DNA from: Octopus bimaculoides | Taxonomy: Eukaryota | Length of the DNA: 64,000 bases | Reading direction: 5' to 3' | Assembly (NCBI RefSeq): GCF_001194135.2 | Contig: NC_068992.1 | Coordinates: forward strand, 66,733,950-66,797,949 | Shown: in pieces, positions 24,011 to 38,710 of the stretch | Numbering within the stretch: the first letter of the stretch is position 1 | How the letters are laid out: the number at the start of each line of letters is the position of its first letter | The notes under the pieces: generated by a model | What the model was told of the DNA's origin: nothing | The model's input: the letters and a program-made list of their open reading frames with translations, nothing else | Database searches by the model: none | Position numbers and translations under genes: made by a program

Positions 24011-26814
24011 TTTTAAAGGTGAATAAATTTTGAACAGGCCTGACTGAATTGCGTTGTTTTATAGATTTACTTTTAGAAAATTATCCGCGATAAAAGAAAG
24101 ACCGAGTAATCTATCGTTTCGATTTGCATGTAGAAGAATCTAATCTCATTAATGCAATTAATACCCTTAAATAAGGCGTGAACGATCACTTAATATATAA
24201 ACCGTTTGTTCTTCAAGTTTGATTTGAAATAAACTATGATTTGTTTAAAAATAAAGTGTTAGACGGCGAATATTGGTTGCGATTCGGCTTGAAAATTCAA
24301 TGTATTTTTATCAGTTCCATAAAAACCTTAGTGAATCACATTGACGTCACAGAATTCAATTTCAACTCCGTCCCTAATGAATTTGCAATCTTCTTGCTTA
24401 AGTGGTAGAGTACAAAACCATTGAAACTTATTGAACTGATCAGCAGGGAGTAGAGGAGAAGTCAATCTTACCTTAAATTGCATGCCCTAAGGCCAATGTA
24501 AGCTATACGTACATAACGACGCGCGCGCACCACCACACGCACACCACCACACGCACACACTCACAAATACTTTCATGCATATATAAATAANNNNNNNNNN
24601 NNNNNNNNNNNNNNNNNNNNNNNNNNNNNNNNNNNNNNNNNNNNNNNNNNNNNNNNNNNNNNNNNNATATATATATATATATATATATATAAACATACAT
24701 TCATACATATATATACGGGCATTTACACTCAAATGCTTCCAGACACACACATATACACATACATTCAAAATTATGGCGCCACTTTGCTTCCCTGGGAAAG
24801 CAGTATTATTTTCTCTTTTCATTCTGTAATTATTTATGTGATATGTTTACTGTACGACTAGCATCAAAATTAATTTATAATAACGACATATCATAAATTT
24901 GTATTTGTTTTATAAACACACACACAACCACAAACAGACACACACAAACTTGACACCAGTTCAAATATGTCGAAAACTTTTCACTTGTTTGTAAACTTTC
25001 CAGTTTTCATTACTACTTCACGCATCTACCCACGTTTACCTACCTGTTAACCTACCTGCCTACCTACCTACCTACCTACCTACCTACCTACCTACCTACC
25101 CATATACATACATACATACATACATCACGTACGTATAGAAACAGCAAGCATATTTTATTTCCCTTCCTCAATAATGCATCTGATCCCCAAACGTCGGAGG
25201 TTTTCTCTTTCCCTAGCTGACTTCATTCATTTTAACAAACTTTTTCTTATATTTCTGTAATAACAAAAGAGATATCAATGGATTCGATGTTGTGCAAATC
25301 TAATTTCTTCAGAGAAAACAGTTTAGCAAATAAAATCTACTCCTGGATATTACTGGGAACAATTTTGTCTCCGAAGAAATGTCACAGGGTCGTAGAAACA
25401 GGAAGATACTGTCACTTTGTTCCCTTTTCTTCTAACTTTAAATCGCTTGGAAGATTATTTTGCCGATTAAAGTTTAAGACAGAGTTTAAAGTCGACTTTC
25501 AAAGATTTGAACCCATGGTACAAAAGTTTTAGCATTTAACTTTGTTTGCTCCCTAAACAGCAAAACAAGTTTGTGTCCGTTGTTAAGGTTTGGTTTCTCA
25601 ACGTAACGAGAAAAGAACTTTAGACACAATTCCAGTAAAAATTGTGTGAAAATATCTATTTGAGGTGGATGTGTGGTTTAAATTAGAAATTGGAACTTCA
25701 AATATATATTTTTTAATAACATAAAGAACACACGTCGAAAAATGTTAGTGGAAGTGATAGATCCAATTTCAGTCGCCTGACAGCTGTCAGATTAACAGAA
25801 ATAATTTGAAGCTTACAATAAATTTTCTTTGATTCTGCGACCAGAAACACATTTCCAAGAAGACAGAAAAAGACGGTTATTTTTTATTCAATTTAAAGCT
25901 TATAGCCAAGTAGTTCACTAATATTTTTTCCTTTGCATAAATGGAAAGCCTAAAAAATAATCACCGGAATAATACATAATCAAACAAATAAACGGAAAAA
26001 AAACGTTAATGAGAAAAAACAAAGAAACAAAAAACAAAAAAACAAAGTGATTAGTTAAAGGAAGTTTATAAGTATGTTGTGAATATTTGTTCGGGTTGAA
26101 AGGAAATGATGCTTAAATCGAATAAAAACATATAAAATAACCAAAAAACCGATCAAAGAAACGGGTGAACGATAGAATCAACAGAAATGGTAAAAATATG
26201 CAGTTGTAGAATACTAATAGAAACGATAGAAGCCATTTGAAAATGTTTACTAGGAGCATTAATCTTGACAATATTAGGACGGAATGCAAATCTTTCATGA
26301 CAATTCTTATTAAGAGGAGTTTTTTGTCTAACGAAGAAATGACAATAAAAAGCAGTTTCATGGCAGCTCATAGTCGCACAGTTATTTAAGAGAAGAATTT
26401 TAGTGAATTGTCCTAAAGCTATTACCTGAGTTTCTTCGTAATATCACGTGAAGTAGTAGTTTCATAGACTCTGTAACACTTTACTAATGTAATTATTCAC
26501 AGGTAGACATACACATAGGCGTAAATATATATATANNNNNNNNNNNNNNNNNNNNNNNNNNNNNNNNNNNNNNNNNNNNNNNNNNNNNNNNNNNNNNNNN
26601 NNNNNNNNNNNNNNNNNNNNNNNNNNNNNNNNNNNNNNNNNNNNNNNNNNNNNNNNNNNNNNNNNNNNNNNNNNNNNNNNNNNNNNNNNNNNNNNNNNNN
26701 NNNNNNNNNNNNNNNNNNNNNNNNNNNNNNNNNNNNNNNNNNNNNNNNNNNNNNNNNNNNNNNNNNNNNNNNNNNNNNNNNNNNNNNNNNNNNNNNNNNN
26801 NNNNNNNNNNNNNN

Positions 26815-26845
<31 letters not shown>

Positions 26846-27387
26846 GCAATCTGGAGAAGCTACGGTTTTCAGAAAAAGAAATGAGCCAACTCGCATACTA
26901 CAAATACAATTTATTAGCGGAACGCTAATAATATGCGAGACTTTTCTAAATGAGGTTGGTTCCCACTGGAATCTGTTTAAAATTCATTCGTATTTCTTTG
27001 GATCAGAGGAGGGGATCAAATGGTTGACATCTCCCCTTCAACGTGATAACCATCACTGCCACTACTGCCCCCCTATCAATGTATCCGTCCTTAACTCCTT
27101 CATAATAAGCAACGATCGCTGCATGGCGTACTAGTCAACGTTAGCGAAACACGTGTAAAGATCATAGATTTTATGATGTTAAAAAAATTCCAACCGAATT
27201 TCTGTTTTTATTCTGATCTTGGAGCTACTTTGTGTAATCTCTGTAAATGTCTTTAAGACCAGAAGAAAATCTGAGGACAAATTATGTTTTATATCGGAAT
27301 GCAGGCTGGATAAACATGGATTTACATGGAATTCTAAGCAAATGTTAACTGGAATGCTATATCATTCGAAGTAGTAACATTTCAATA

Positions 27388-27426
<39 letters not shown>

Positions 27427-28220
27427 GCTTGCATAAATACATACACAAATACATACATACATACATACATACATACATACATACATAAATATATATATAC
27501 ATATATACATGCATACATACATGTATACATATACATACATGTGTATACACACACACACACAGATATATATATGCACATATACAGATATACATATGCAGAT
27601 ATATACACACATGTATGTTGCAGCTATATATGCATATGTTTAAATGTCTTTGTATTTTTGCCTACACACAATATATGTGTGCGTGCGTGTGTATATTGGG
27701 GCATATGAATATGTATGAGTAAGTATGTGTATGTGAATGTGTGTGTGTGTGTGTTTGTGTGTGTGTGTTTGTGTGTGTGTGTATAAGTGTGTTAAGTTCA
27801 CTTAAAGAAACGAGACAATAAAATCTACAGTAAAATTTGCGCTGATAAAAACAGTCACGAACATTAGTAATGTAAAATTTTTGTGGAACACGAGAGAGTC
27901 TAAATAATTCTTGTAGCGTCTGTAGCTCAGTCATTTAACTGGGAATATGGAGAGAAATAGAGGAGTGAGGGAGAGTATGGAGAGAGAGAGAGAGGGAGAG
28001 AGGTAGAGGGAGAAATCAGTGTATGCAAATAAAATCTTCAGAAATATGATAAGTTGAAGAAAATTCTGTTGGTTTAAGACACAGCAAGCTCCAGCATTAA
28101 AAGTAGGAAGTTGCTTCATCATTAAAATAATATTATGTACTACAGAATGTTCTAGAAAATATAAAAGTGTTGCTTTTGGGAGCTTGTTCGGAAATATGTA
28201 ATGTACAGTGAAAAACGAAC

Positions 28221-28294
<74 letters not shown>

Positions 28295-28903
28295 NNNNNN
28301 NNNNNNNNNNNNNNNNNNNNNNNNNNNNNNNNNNNNNNNNNNNNNNNNNNNNNNNNNNNNNNNNNNNNNNNNNNNNNNNNNNNNNNNNNNNNNNNNNNNN
28401 NNNNNNNNNNNNNNNNNNNNNNNNNNNNNNNNNNNNNNNNNNNNNNNNNNNNNNNNNNNNNNNNNNNNNNNNNNNNNNNNNNNNNNNNNNNNNNNNNNNN
28501 NNNNNNNNNNNNNNNNNNNNNNNNNNNNNNNNNNNNNNNNNNNNNNNNNNNNNNNNNNNNNNNNNNNNNNNNNNNNNNNNNNNNNNNNNNNNNNNNNNNN
28601 NNNNNNNNNNNNNNNNNNNNNNNNNNNNNNNNNNNNNNNNNNNNNNNNNNNNNNNNNNNNNNNNNNNNNNNNNNNNNNNNNNNNNNNNNNNNNNNNNNNN
28701 NNNNNNNNNNNNNNNNNNNNNNNNNNNNNNNNNNNNNNNNNNNNNNNNNNNNNNNNNNNNNNNNNNNNNNNNNNNNNNNNNNNNNNNNNNNNNNNNNNNN
28801 NNNNNNNNNNNNNNNNNNNNNNNNNNNNNNNNNNNNNNNNNGGCAAATAATGAGGTCGAAGATGAAAAATGGGTAACGGGCAAATATGCCATATTTCAGG
28901 GGG

Positions 28904-28944
<41 letters not shown>

Positions 28945-29317
28945 TGGGCTTCCGCATAATTTCCATCTAAAACATTTACTTTTCAGATATTGCTCTACGT
29001 CAGCCTATGATTAAGTATGTAAACCCATCTCAAACCACGCTATTACTTTATCAGTATAATTATGAATGGATCTACGCTGCTTTGAAGAAGTCATGTGAAA
29101 TGTCAACAGTCTTGAAACGACGAGCGTTTTCTTAATTAGTCGACATGCCGAATAGACTTGCCAGTTCTTCAACATTACTAAATAGGTTTTTTCTTTTTTT
29201 ACATCTGAAAATATTTTTTCGCCATTAAATATATTTTCATTTACTGAACTATTCTAAGTGAGTTACATTACAAGAAAGTTTTATATAAATTCATATATAC
29301 CCTACATATATATATAC

Positions 29318-29357
<40 letters not shown>

Positions 29358-31030
29358 GTATATATATACACAGTGTATAACTATGTACACTATTGTTCAT
29401 GAAGCCATTAACGCCACATAGAACACCAAAGCTTACAGATTAATATTTGCTTCAGAAATTTTAATAAAACATTTATGGCAAGGAATTTGAATGTAATAAA
29501 GAATTATATTTGATTTCTCATAAAATATGTACTTATTGCCGATGGAATCGTTTATTTAGTTTTGGTTTAATTAATTCCAAGTTTAATTCAGAAGCGAACA
29601 CAAAGATCATACCCTGGAATACCTTTAGAAATCTTTCAGAATTTAAACACAAAATACGTTTCTTCGCGCGCGCGTGCACACACAACGCAAACAGCTGTCT
29701 CTCTCCCTATAATATTTGCATATACACACATACATATATAAATATATGTATATATGTAAATATGTGTGTGTGTGTGTGTGTGTACATGCAAATGCACATA
29801 TAGACGTGCATATTGGGAACAGGTTGTTACATACGTATGTAAGAATATAGGCAGACATCGTCAAAAACAGAGCTATACATGCAAACACATTTACAGATCA
29901 AAGGGAAGCCATGACCTTTCTCCGACTGCAAGGTGAAAAATCATTGAATTTTCTTTTATAGAATTGTAATACCTGCCACCTTCATTCGCCTCCCCAAAGA
30001 TCAGTTCTTCTCTTTTTCGGATTCACTTCACCTCTGCAAGAAGGAACTCAATACACATCGTGCAAGTGGCCTTTCATGCTGCTGGCAATTCCTTGTTTCC
30101 TTTTGATCTTTATTAATGTTTACGGCATCGATTTACCAAAGATCTTCAGTTGGTTTCAATTCTCCGCTGAATAACTTAAAAGCATATTTTTAAAAGTTAG
30201 TTATGGCTTTAACAAGACCCCTCTATTTTCTTGCCATTTTTCAAAGGTAATCGTTTTGTAAGAATATTTACCAAAAATAACCGAAATAGAAATAAATGAG
30301 AAGTAATCAACATGTTTTTTTTTCTCCCCCCCCCCAACAAAAATGGCGAGAGAAGTTTTATAGATAAGTTTCATATGAGGCAGTTAATAGTAGAAATATG
30401 GTGTATAGGAAGATGACATGTAATAACGCAAAATTTTAGAGAAGATTAAAAATTGGATGTGTGTATATGTGTGCGTTTACTCTCTCTCCCCCTCCACCTC
30501 CTCTTCCTCCTCTCTCAGAAAAAATAAACAAATAAAACGAATTGAAGTGAAGTTATCTAAAATCTATTTTTGTCGTGAGCGTTTGAATAATTTAAACTAA
30601 AAGTCAGCTTCACAGAATTTGCTGCAAATATGTTTCTGATGCTTCTTTTGAAAGTGAGTGGATGAGGCGGCAGAAAGATTACCTTTTACATTGACTATTT
30701 TAAGGCCGTAGTAAGACTTATAAATTTAAGGTGAGTGAATGAGGCCTCAAAAAGAGATCTTATATAGATTTACAATTTCCTTTCAAGTCTGAGAATAAAA
30801 AAACAAAACAAAACAAATAAATATTCTTTGAACTGTTTTTCCTTTTGTACTTTAATCATGGCTGGTAGGAAAGAGAAATAACTCAATCGCCTTATTATAG
30901 CCATTTCACTCTCGTCACTTTATTATTGGTCTTGGAAACAGCACAAACGTTACCTAATTCTACTTTTCGCATTTACTTAATTCCTATGAGGTATTTCACC
31001 TACAGTTAAACACCTGAAGTGCAGCATAAA

Positions 31031-31173
31031 GGTTCAAATAAGGCCAGTGGGGTCGACTTTGCCTTTCATCTTTTCGGGTTAGATAAATTAAGTACCAGTC
31101 AACTACTGGGGTCGATGTAATTGACTATCCCCCCTCCCCCAAAGTTGCTGTCCTTGTGACAGACTTTGAAAAC
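31031..31173 (+). mobile_element. SINE family A, 3' portion
   Basis: ggtcgactttgcctttcatcttttcggg...aagtaccagtcaactactggggtcgatgtaattgact...ccttgtgacagactttgaaaac. Confidence 0.85.
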
Positions 31174-31615
31174 ATTTGCATTTGATGCCTTCGTGCAGAA
31201 TCTGATCCGACTGTTTTCTGTTAGGTGAGATTTTAATATTTCGAAATGCTAACATATTCTACCAAAATATTTTCCGTTTGGCATTTTAAAGCGACAAAAT
31301 ATGAAATCTCAATCAGAAGGAGACATTGCAATGATGTATCACATTTTATAAATCTATGGAGGATTATTTATTGTAATAGCCTTCAACAACACAATGCCAA
31401 AGTTGTAATAGGAATGGTTTCAAATGTCTTGCTTCATATATTTTTCATCCAACACCAGGAAAATATTAAAAAAGAAAATAAATACCAATGGGAATAAATG
31501 AAATAAATCTGGAACTTAATGTTCAATTTTGTTGTTTTTGATGTAGTTTGGATGTTATATGTCAGATATAATGGAAATGGGCAAAAATGCTTCAGCAGAT
31601 GTATTTCTATTTTTT

Positions 31616-31616
<1 letters not shown>

Positions 31617-31696
<80 letters not shown>
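31617..31696. repeat. Compound (TAA)n(TGA)n microsatellite
   Basis: Direct reading. It produces the poly-N/D, poly-I/M and poly-H/Y runs in the nearby ORFs. Confidence 0.95.
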
Positions 31697-32142
31697 TTGA
31701 TAATTTTTATTTTCAATATCTATCGCTGGAAGGTGATAGCTGTACAAAGTTTCAGGAAAAGAAATCTCGGCTGGTTTCGTGTGTTTACGGTCGAGGTGCC
31801 ATCGTCGCTGTACTGTGACCTTGATCAAACACTTAAGTCTGATCCGGTATAGGCACCATGGGGAGGCACAGCTTAACAATTTGGACAGTAAAAACGTCAA
31901 AATGAAGAGTCTTTGAATGCGGAGATGGAATTCGACTTCAAATAAATAAACCCAATGAAAAAAAGAGAATCATTGCAAAACAAAGACGCACAACGTGGAA
32001 GTAGGACTTCGTCAAAAGACGCAGGTTGGCAGACTGGTGTCTTAGGGTCGCATAAAGTAGCTTCTAGTGGCAGAAGCCCGAACTACAACGGTCTTCTCCC
32101 ACAGAAAACATCTCCAGTTACTTTGGGGGTACCCCTCGTATA

Positions 32143-32204
<62 letters not shown>

Positions 32205-32808
32205 TTGGCAACTAATACACACTACAGTTATGTTATCAACCGGTTGTTATCAATAAGACGCATCTCAAAATGATTAAAATATGCGGCTTTGTTTTACAAG
32301 TTTACTAATTCCAGCCTTTGTATTGTGATCATGCCGGGGCCCACCACACAAATGTTACCATATACTTACAGACACATAAGCGTATACACACACACACACA
32401 CACACGTATTTATGTTTATGTGGACATTATATGAATCAATATCGCTCGTTCAAATTGAAAATCTCAGCGAAATCTGTTTTCGGAAGTAAACGATGGATGA
32501 TAGTTGAACATAACCGAGAAATGAATTAAATTAGACAGACATTGAAGCTCTTATTTCATCATTAACATTTTGTCTATTCACCGCGTTGTTTTACTTTCTT
32601 CCAATTTCTTCCACTAATTTCGGAAACGGGAATTACAGTTTTCTATTTTGGTTGTTTATAGGAAAATGAAACATCTATTTAAAGTTTGTAGAATCTGAAA
32701 TATCAATAATTGAGTTTGTATAACAAGTCCAAATACACTTAAGCACAGGTACACACACACGCACACACAGACACACACACAGGCACACACACAGACACAC
32801 ACACAGAA

Positions 32809-32844
<36 letters not shown>

Positions 32845-33131
32845 TAATTAATAGATATACACACACTCCTCACCACATGACGTACATGTACATTAATAAA
32901 GTTTCACATGAAATTGCGTAGATATTCACATTGCTGTGTATATATATTTACACACACGCACACACACACACACACACACAGACCACATACACATACCACA
33001 CACACACACACACCAGTGACTAACTTACAAATCTCCACGATGTCTGGAACTCACAGCAGAGTAAAAAATATATACAAATAGGAAAAAATGTGTGTATTCA
33101 CGTATGTATATTATGTATTCATATATACATC

Positions 33132-33172
<41 letters not shown>

Positions 33173-33176
33173 TCTC

Positions 33177-33226
<50 letters not shown>

Positions 33227-33371
33227 GCACACACAAGATTTTGGACTGTTATATGCAAACCTCTGCAAGGAAATAGCGAAAGATTAAACTCGTCATATAT
33301 TTGTTGGTCTGAATCCCAAAGGAAGTGGGGGAGGGTTGAAAGGTGGCTAGGGTAGGTCTCGCAGAACTTAC

Positions 33372-33437
33372 CTTGGTTTCACTGTCGGTTGAAGACTTTC
33401 CTCGCAATACTTTACTTATTTTCTGGAACTCCAAGAA
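33372..33437 (-). CDS. Candidate exon (FLEFQKISKVLRGKSSTDSETK)
   Basis: gtgcttcttatag|TTC...ACCAAG|gtaagt, with a consensus donor. It is 66 nt, phase 0->0. An alternative in-frame acceptor at 33422 gives 51 nt. Confidence 0.4.
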
Positions 33438-33606
33438 CTATAAGAAGCACCTTAAACTGTCATAAATTCAATTAGGGGTTAAACTAACCTCGTTAAGGGA
33501 TGGTGTCATCTAAAAAGTTACTGGTTCAATACCTAACGTTTATTGGGAATAATAATATTCGTAAATTAATAGGTTTGTATATAAACCATGGTTTATGATC
33601 ATTCAA

Positions 33607-33968
33607 ATGAAAAATAAGAAAATGGAGATATAGAATTTAATAAAGATTTATTATCGGCAAAAATCAAACATAGTCCCTTACAGCTGTTTCAATTAAGCCC
33701 AGTAAAGATTAAGCCCAATAAAGATTATTTTAGATTCATCACAGCAGACTTATAGAATCATCACAGCTGTGATGAATCTAGAATACAACAGATGAAAAAA
33801 CCTAAGGGTATATATTTTTTTACCCCTCTGAAGAGATTTTGCCTCCCCAAATGATTTTAATAATATTTATTTAATCTTTATTGGGCTTAACTGAAGCAGC
33901 TGTAAAGGACTATGTTTGAATTTTGCTGATAATATCTTTATTAAATGCTATATCGCCATTTTCTTATT

Positions 33969-33974
<6 letters not shown>
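33607..33974. mobile_element. Foldback/MITE-like element with ~115-bp inverted arms and an inner 15-bp hairpin
   Basis: atgaaaaataagaaaatggagatatag...cccagtaaagatt at 33607 is about 90% identical to the reverse complement of 33872-33974. The inner pair is tagattcatcacagc/gctgtgatgaatcta at 33731-33780. Confidence 0.85.
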
Positions 33975-34015
<41 letters not shown>

Positions 34016-34044
34016 TGTATGCATATGTATGTCTGTATGTATGA

Positions 34045-34255
34045 GGCGAGCTGGCAGAATCGTTGGCAGGCGGCACGATTTGAATTAGCAGCATTTCGTC
34101 CGCCGACTTTGCATTCTGAGATGGAATTCCGCACAGGTCGACTCTACCTTTCATACTTTCGTGGTCAATAAACTAAGTACCAGTCAAACACTCGGCTCAA
34201 TGTAATCGAATTCCTCATCTCAAAAACCGTTGATTTTGTGCCAAAACTTGAAACC
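34045..34255 (+). mobile_element. SINE family A, near full length
   Basis: ggcgagctggcagaatcgtt...ggtcgactctacctttcat...aagtaccagtc...gtgccaaaacttgaaacc. Confidence 0.9.
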
Positions 34256-34920
34256 ACATACATACATACATACCCACCCCCACATATATAAAGCGAGTTT
34301 CTATTTCATAACACAAATGCAGTTTAGCAGAGAATCCTGGAATCAATTCCACCAAGGTAAACAGTTAGAATATCGAATGAAGGCAATTAACTATAAAAAT
34401 ACAAAATATATCGATTTTTCTCACTTTATTTTTATTTCATTTTCATCATTCCCTCTCACTTTCGGTTATTTTCAATTAAATGTCTCAACTAAGTCGCCAA
34501 TCGATACAAGCGCCATAAGCCGTGTTTCTCTGAAACACTTCACTCTATCTTCAGACGATATTCTGCTCAATTTTCCAAGCTGTTTCTCATCGTATCACTA
34601 TTTATTCTAAATCTTACACAATATTATCCATTTAGTTATTAAGAATCTGTTCTCAATTACTTATTTACTTAAACTCAACACATCATTACATTGATATATT
34701 GTTATATCTTAAACATACTTAAACGTTGCCAAGTTATTAGTCTCCACGGTTTGATTGCATTTTTCTTCATCGTAAAACGAAACCATTTTCATTAATAACC
34801 CGAGCCATTGCGTTCCTGCCATGGATGAAAAACTGAAAATACATACAAACATATGTAAGTACACATATATGCATATATATATGTACATACATGCAAATTT
34901 ACACAGACACACACAATCTA

Positions 34921-35160
34921 GCACTTCGTTGGTTAGAAGGACGAGTGTTCTAGTTGATCCGATCAATGAAACAGCGGCGCGTAAAATTAACGTGAAAGTG
35001 GCTGAGCACTCCACAGACACGCGCACACCCTTGCCATAGATGTGAGGGAGATTCAGCATGACACAGAATGTGACAAGGCTGGCCTTCTGTAATTAGCTGA
35101 GTAGAATGAAGCGGCGTGAAATAAAGTGTCTTGCTTAAGAGACACTACACGACGCCGGGC
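34921..35160 (-). mobile_element. SINE family C lacking its tRNA head
   Basis: The reverse complement contains ttaagcaagacactttatttcacg, aaggccagccttgtcacattctgtgtcatgctgaatct and the 3' end. It aligns with 23605-23760. Confidence 0.8.
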
Positions 35161-35186
35161 GTGTTGTGTCCTTGAGCAAGACTCTT
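35161..35186 (+). mobile_element. Inverted fragment of the family C core
   Basis: gtgttgtgtccttgagcaagactctt is complementary to 35124-35156. Confidence 0.7.
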
Positions 35187-35261
35187 GTTTAAGTACACAG
35201 CATCTGTGTATATAGGCATTCATACAAATAATCCGTTGTTCTCGCAACTGCGTTACTTAAT

Positions 35262-35345
35262 GTCTGAGTATTCCACAGTAACGCGTGTCATTAACGTAGG
35301 ATCGACGTGATAAAGTGGCTGGCAAGGGTCGTGCCATTGAAAAGG
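35262..35345 (-). mobile_element. Second decayed family C fragment
   Basis: ctgagtattccacagtaacgcgtg resembles ctgagcactccacagacacgcg at 35002-35023. Confidence 0.55.
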
Positions 35346-36205
35346 AGCAACAACATCGTCCTTTCTCACTTGTTGCTCCCTCAATATGCAACACCGTTTG
35401 TCTGTATAGGAAAGAAATGGTTTTATTTTAAATAATCCTGAAGGGGTTCTGAGGCAGCTGATCGTTGAAATAGGACGCGTGATACACAGTTTGGCATTGT
35501 TCACACTATCAAACATCAACAAGAATTACCCAACGACGTTTCCCTTATTTTTGACTCAGTATTCGAACTGGAATAAACACAGAACCCATTACTCTCTAGC
35601 AGTGAAACGCCATCTTGCGAGAAACATTACAAATGATTGTCTGCCGTTTATAGCTTCATTGTTGTGTAAAATTGGTTGCAAGTTGATATAAGCATCAATT
35701 GTATTAAAAGTGTTGTGAATTATCCAATGAAATGAAGACGTTACTTTCTGATGAATGGTTTTCGAAGGAACTGGACGATGCTGAATGAAAAATGAAGAAT
35801 TGAAGAAATGAAACTTTAACTAACGAAGAACCATTATTCTGCCAAATGTGTCATAGAAACATTTCTATGGATGCAACTAGTCTTCGGAATAAGAATTGGT
35901 CAAATAGCGATGTGTGTGTGTGTGTGTGTGTGAATGTAGTTAACTGAGCATATTGATCAAAATGGTTCACCATTGTCGTTTTAAGAACAATGAGAAGATA
36001 ATATAAGAAGGAGAACGATGAAATTATTGATAGCCGATATCATTGCAACGGTAGAGAGAAAGCTTTAATAGCCATGAGATGACGATAATAAATAAATCGA
36101 TACTTTTCTGCCAGTATAAGTTTGCGTTTCTTTATTTTATTCGCAGATGGAAATCAATAATTTTTAGAACTTTCTAGTTAACAATACAGCCAAAAAGGTA
36201 TATGC

Positions 36206-36237
<32 letters not shown>

Positions 36238-36837
36238 NNNNNNNNNNNNNNNNNNNNNNNNNNNNNNNNNNNNNNNNNNNNNNNNNNNNNNNNNNNNNNN
36301 NNNNNNNNNNNNNNNNNNNNNNNNNNNNNNNNNNNNNNNNNNNNNNNNNNNNNNNNNNNNNNNNNNNNNNNNNNNNNNNNNNNNNNNNNNNNNNNNNNNN
36401 NNNNNNNNNNNNNNNNNNNNNNNNNNNNNNNNNNNNNNNNNNNNNNNNNNNNNNNNNNNNNNNNNNNNNNNNNNNNAGGATATGAAGCGGCTTCTCGACA
36501 TATGTAAATTTTACACCAGTCCATATGCATATTTATACAAATTATCAAAGAAGATGGAAGATTTCAAAAATTTTATATTTTATTTCAAATACTGTTTCCT
36601 TCCTCTTCGCACTACTTTGATTATCCGAATCCACGTCACACACAAAAACCAGACTTGCACACATACACACACACACATACACACACACACATACACACAC
36701 ACACACACACACATACACATACACGCATGCACACACAAACAGAGAAAGATATTAACTCTCTACATGTTTTATTTACATATCATTGCTATTATCTTCTTTC
36801 CTTTCCCTATCTACGTCATCAAGTGTATTTGTATGTA

Positions 36838-36868
<31 letters not shown>

Positions 36869-37542
36869 GTGTATATCTCTGTCTGTATATGTACACATGT
36901 ATTCATGCATGCTCCTATATGTATATATATATATATATATTTGTGTGTGTGTGTGTGTGTATGTATATATGTGAAAATATGTGTGTGTGTGTATTCGATT
37001 TAATTCGATTTAAACCTAAATGCCTTATGCACAGACAAGCATATACAGGCAACGACACAGTGAGAAGTACGTAGCAGTTACACAGATACACACACAGACA
37101 AAAACACAGACACACACACAAAGTCTCTCACACACACATACACATATGCACACACACACACACACACGCACAATGTGTTCATATCTCGTCACATCTCATT
37201 ATGAAGCAACGATAAAGATAGCAAAGCAAATAACGACACAAGACGAGGTAAAGACTTGGCAACAATCTTTCGCGCGCGTGCGGACACACGCACATACATA
37301 CACATACGTATACATACGCACACAAAATTGAATATATGCATATGTGTATATATACTTATTTGTATAACTTTATAACTATATATCTATATCTATCCATATA
37401 TATACATATATGTACAATTATATATTTATACATATATGTATAAATATATATGCACACGCACATACATGTGTATACATAGATATACATGTATATGTATGTA
37501 CACGTAAATATGTGTATGAATGTGTATATGTATATCTATATA

Positions 37543-37584
<42 letters not shown>

Positions 37585-37921
37585 NNNNNNNNNNNNNNNN
37601 NNNNNNNNNNNNNNNNNNNNNNNNNNNNNNNNNNNNNNNNNNNNNNNNNNNNNNNNNNNNNNNNNNNNNNNNNNNNNNNNNNNNNNNNNNNNNNNNNNNN
37701 NNNNNNNNNNNNNNNNNNNNNNNNNNNNNNNNNNNNNNNNNNNNNNNNNNNNNNNNNNNNNNNNNNNNNNNNNNNNNNNNNNNNNNNNNNNNNNNNNNNN
37801 NNNNNNNNNNNNNNNNNNNNNNNNNNNNNNNNNNNNNNNNNNNNNNNNNNNNNNNNNNNNNNNNNNNNNNNNNNNNNNNNNNNNNNNNNNNNNNNNNNNN
37901 NNNNNNNNNNNNNNNNNNNNN

Positions 37922-37957
<36 letters not shown>

Positions 37958-38627
37958 GCATATGTATGCCAAATACAATTTAAATGTAGTTTATATTTTC
38001 TTTTAAAGGACTCGAAGTTCAGTTTAAAGCGATTCCCGCTCTCGCTTGGCTCAACGTCTCCCTGTTCAGTTCAATAATCGATGACATCTTCCCTTTATTA
38101 ATGACATGATCAATACTGATTCCCGTGTAAACTTTTTTCAGAATCGATCTGCTGCCAATATTATATGTTCAATGATTTTTTCATTGTCAATAATTCGAAA
38201 TGGCATTTTGGTATGGTGCCATTGTGACAGCGGCATTTTCGCTTTTCATGTTTTTTTCCTCCCTCCGTTATTTTCTTCTTTTTTTTGCCTAAAGAGATTT
38301 GATCTCGCACCCTCACCACTCGTGCACAACCTCAAGCTACAAAGACAGACAGAATCCCGATAGACTTAAGTGTATCCCACCCCACGGAATGAGGAAAAAA
38401 AATAAAAACATCTTTTGTGCATATTACTGTGATTTTGTGAATTAGATTTTTAACTGTAGGATTCTTACACATAAACACATACATATAAGAACTTACAAAC
38501 ACATACAAACACACACAGACACACACACGCACTTACACACAAAAGCATCATAAATATACATAAATATACACAGCTATACACACAAACACATACGCAAAAT
38601 TTATAGATTAAGTTATTCATATAGAAA

Positions 38628-38710
<83 letters not shown>

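Noticed and set aside
29964-30176. 70-codon plus frame after a strong acceptor, with a hydrophobic end
   Set aside because: No recognisable homology, competing splice-like signals on the minus strand, and no supporting upstream exon.
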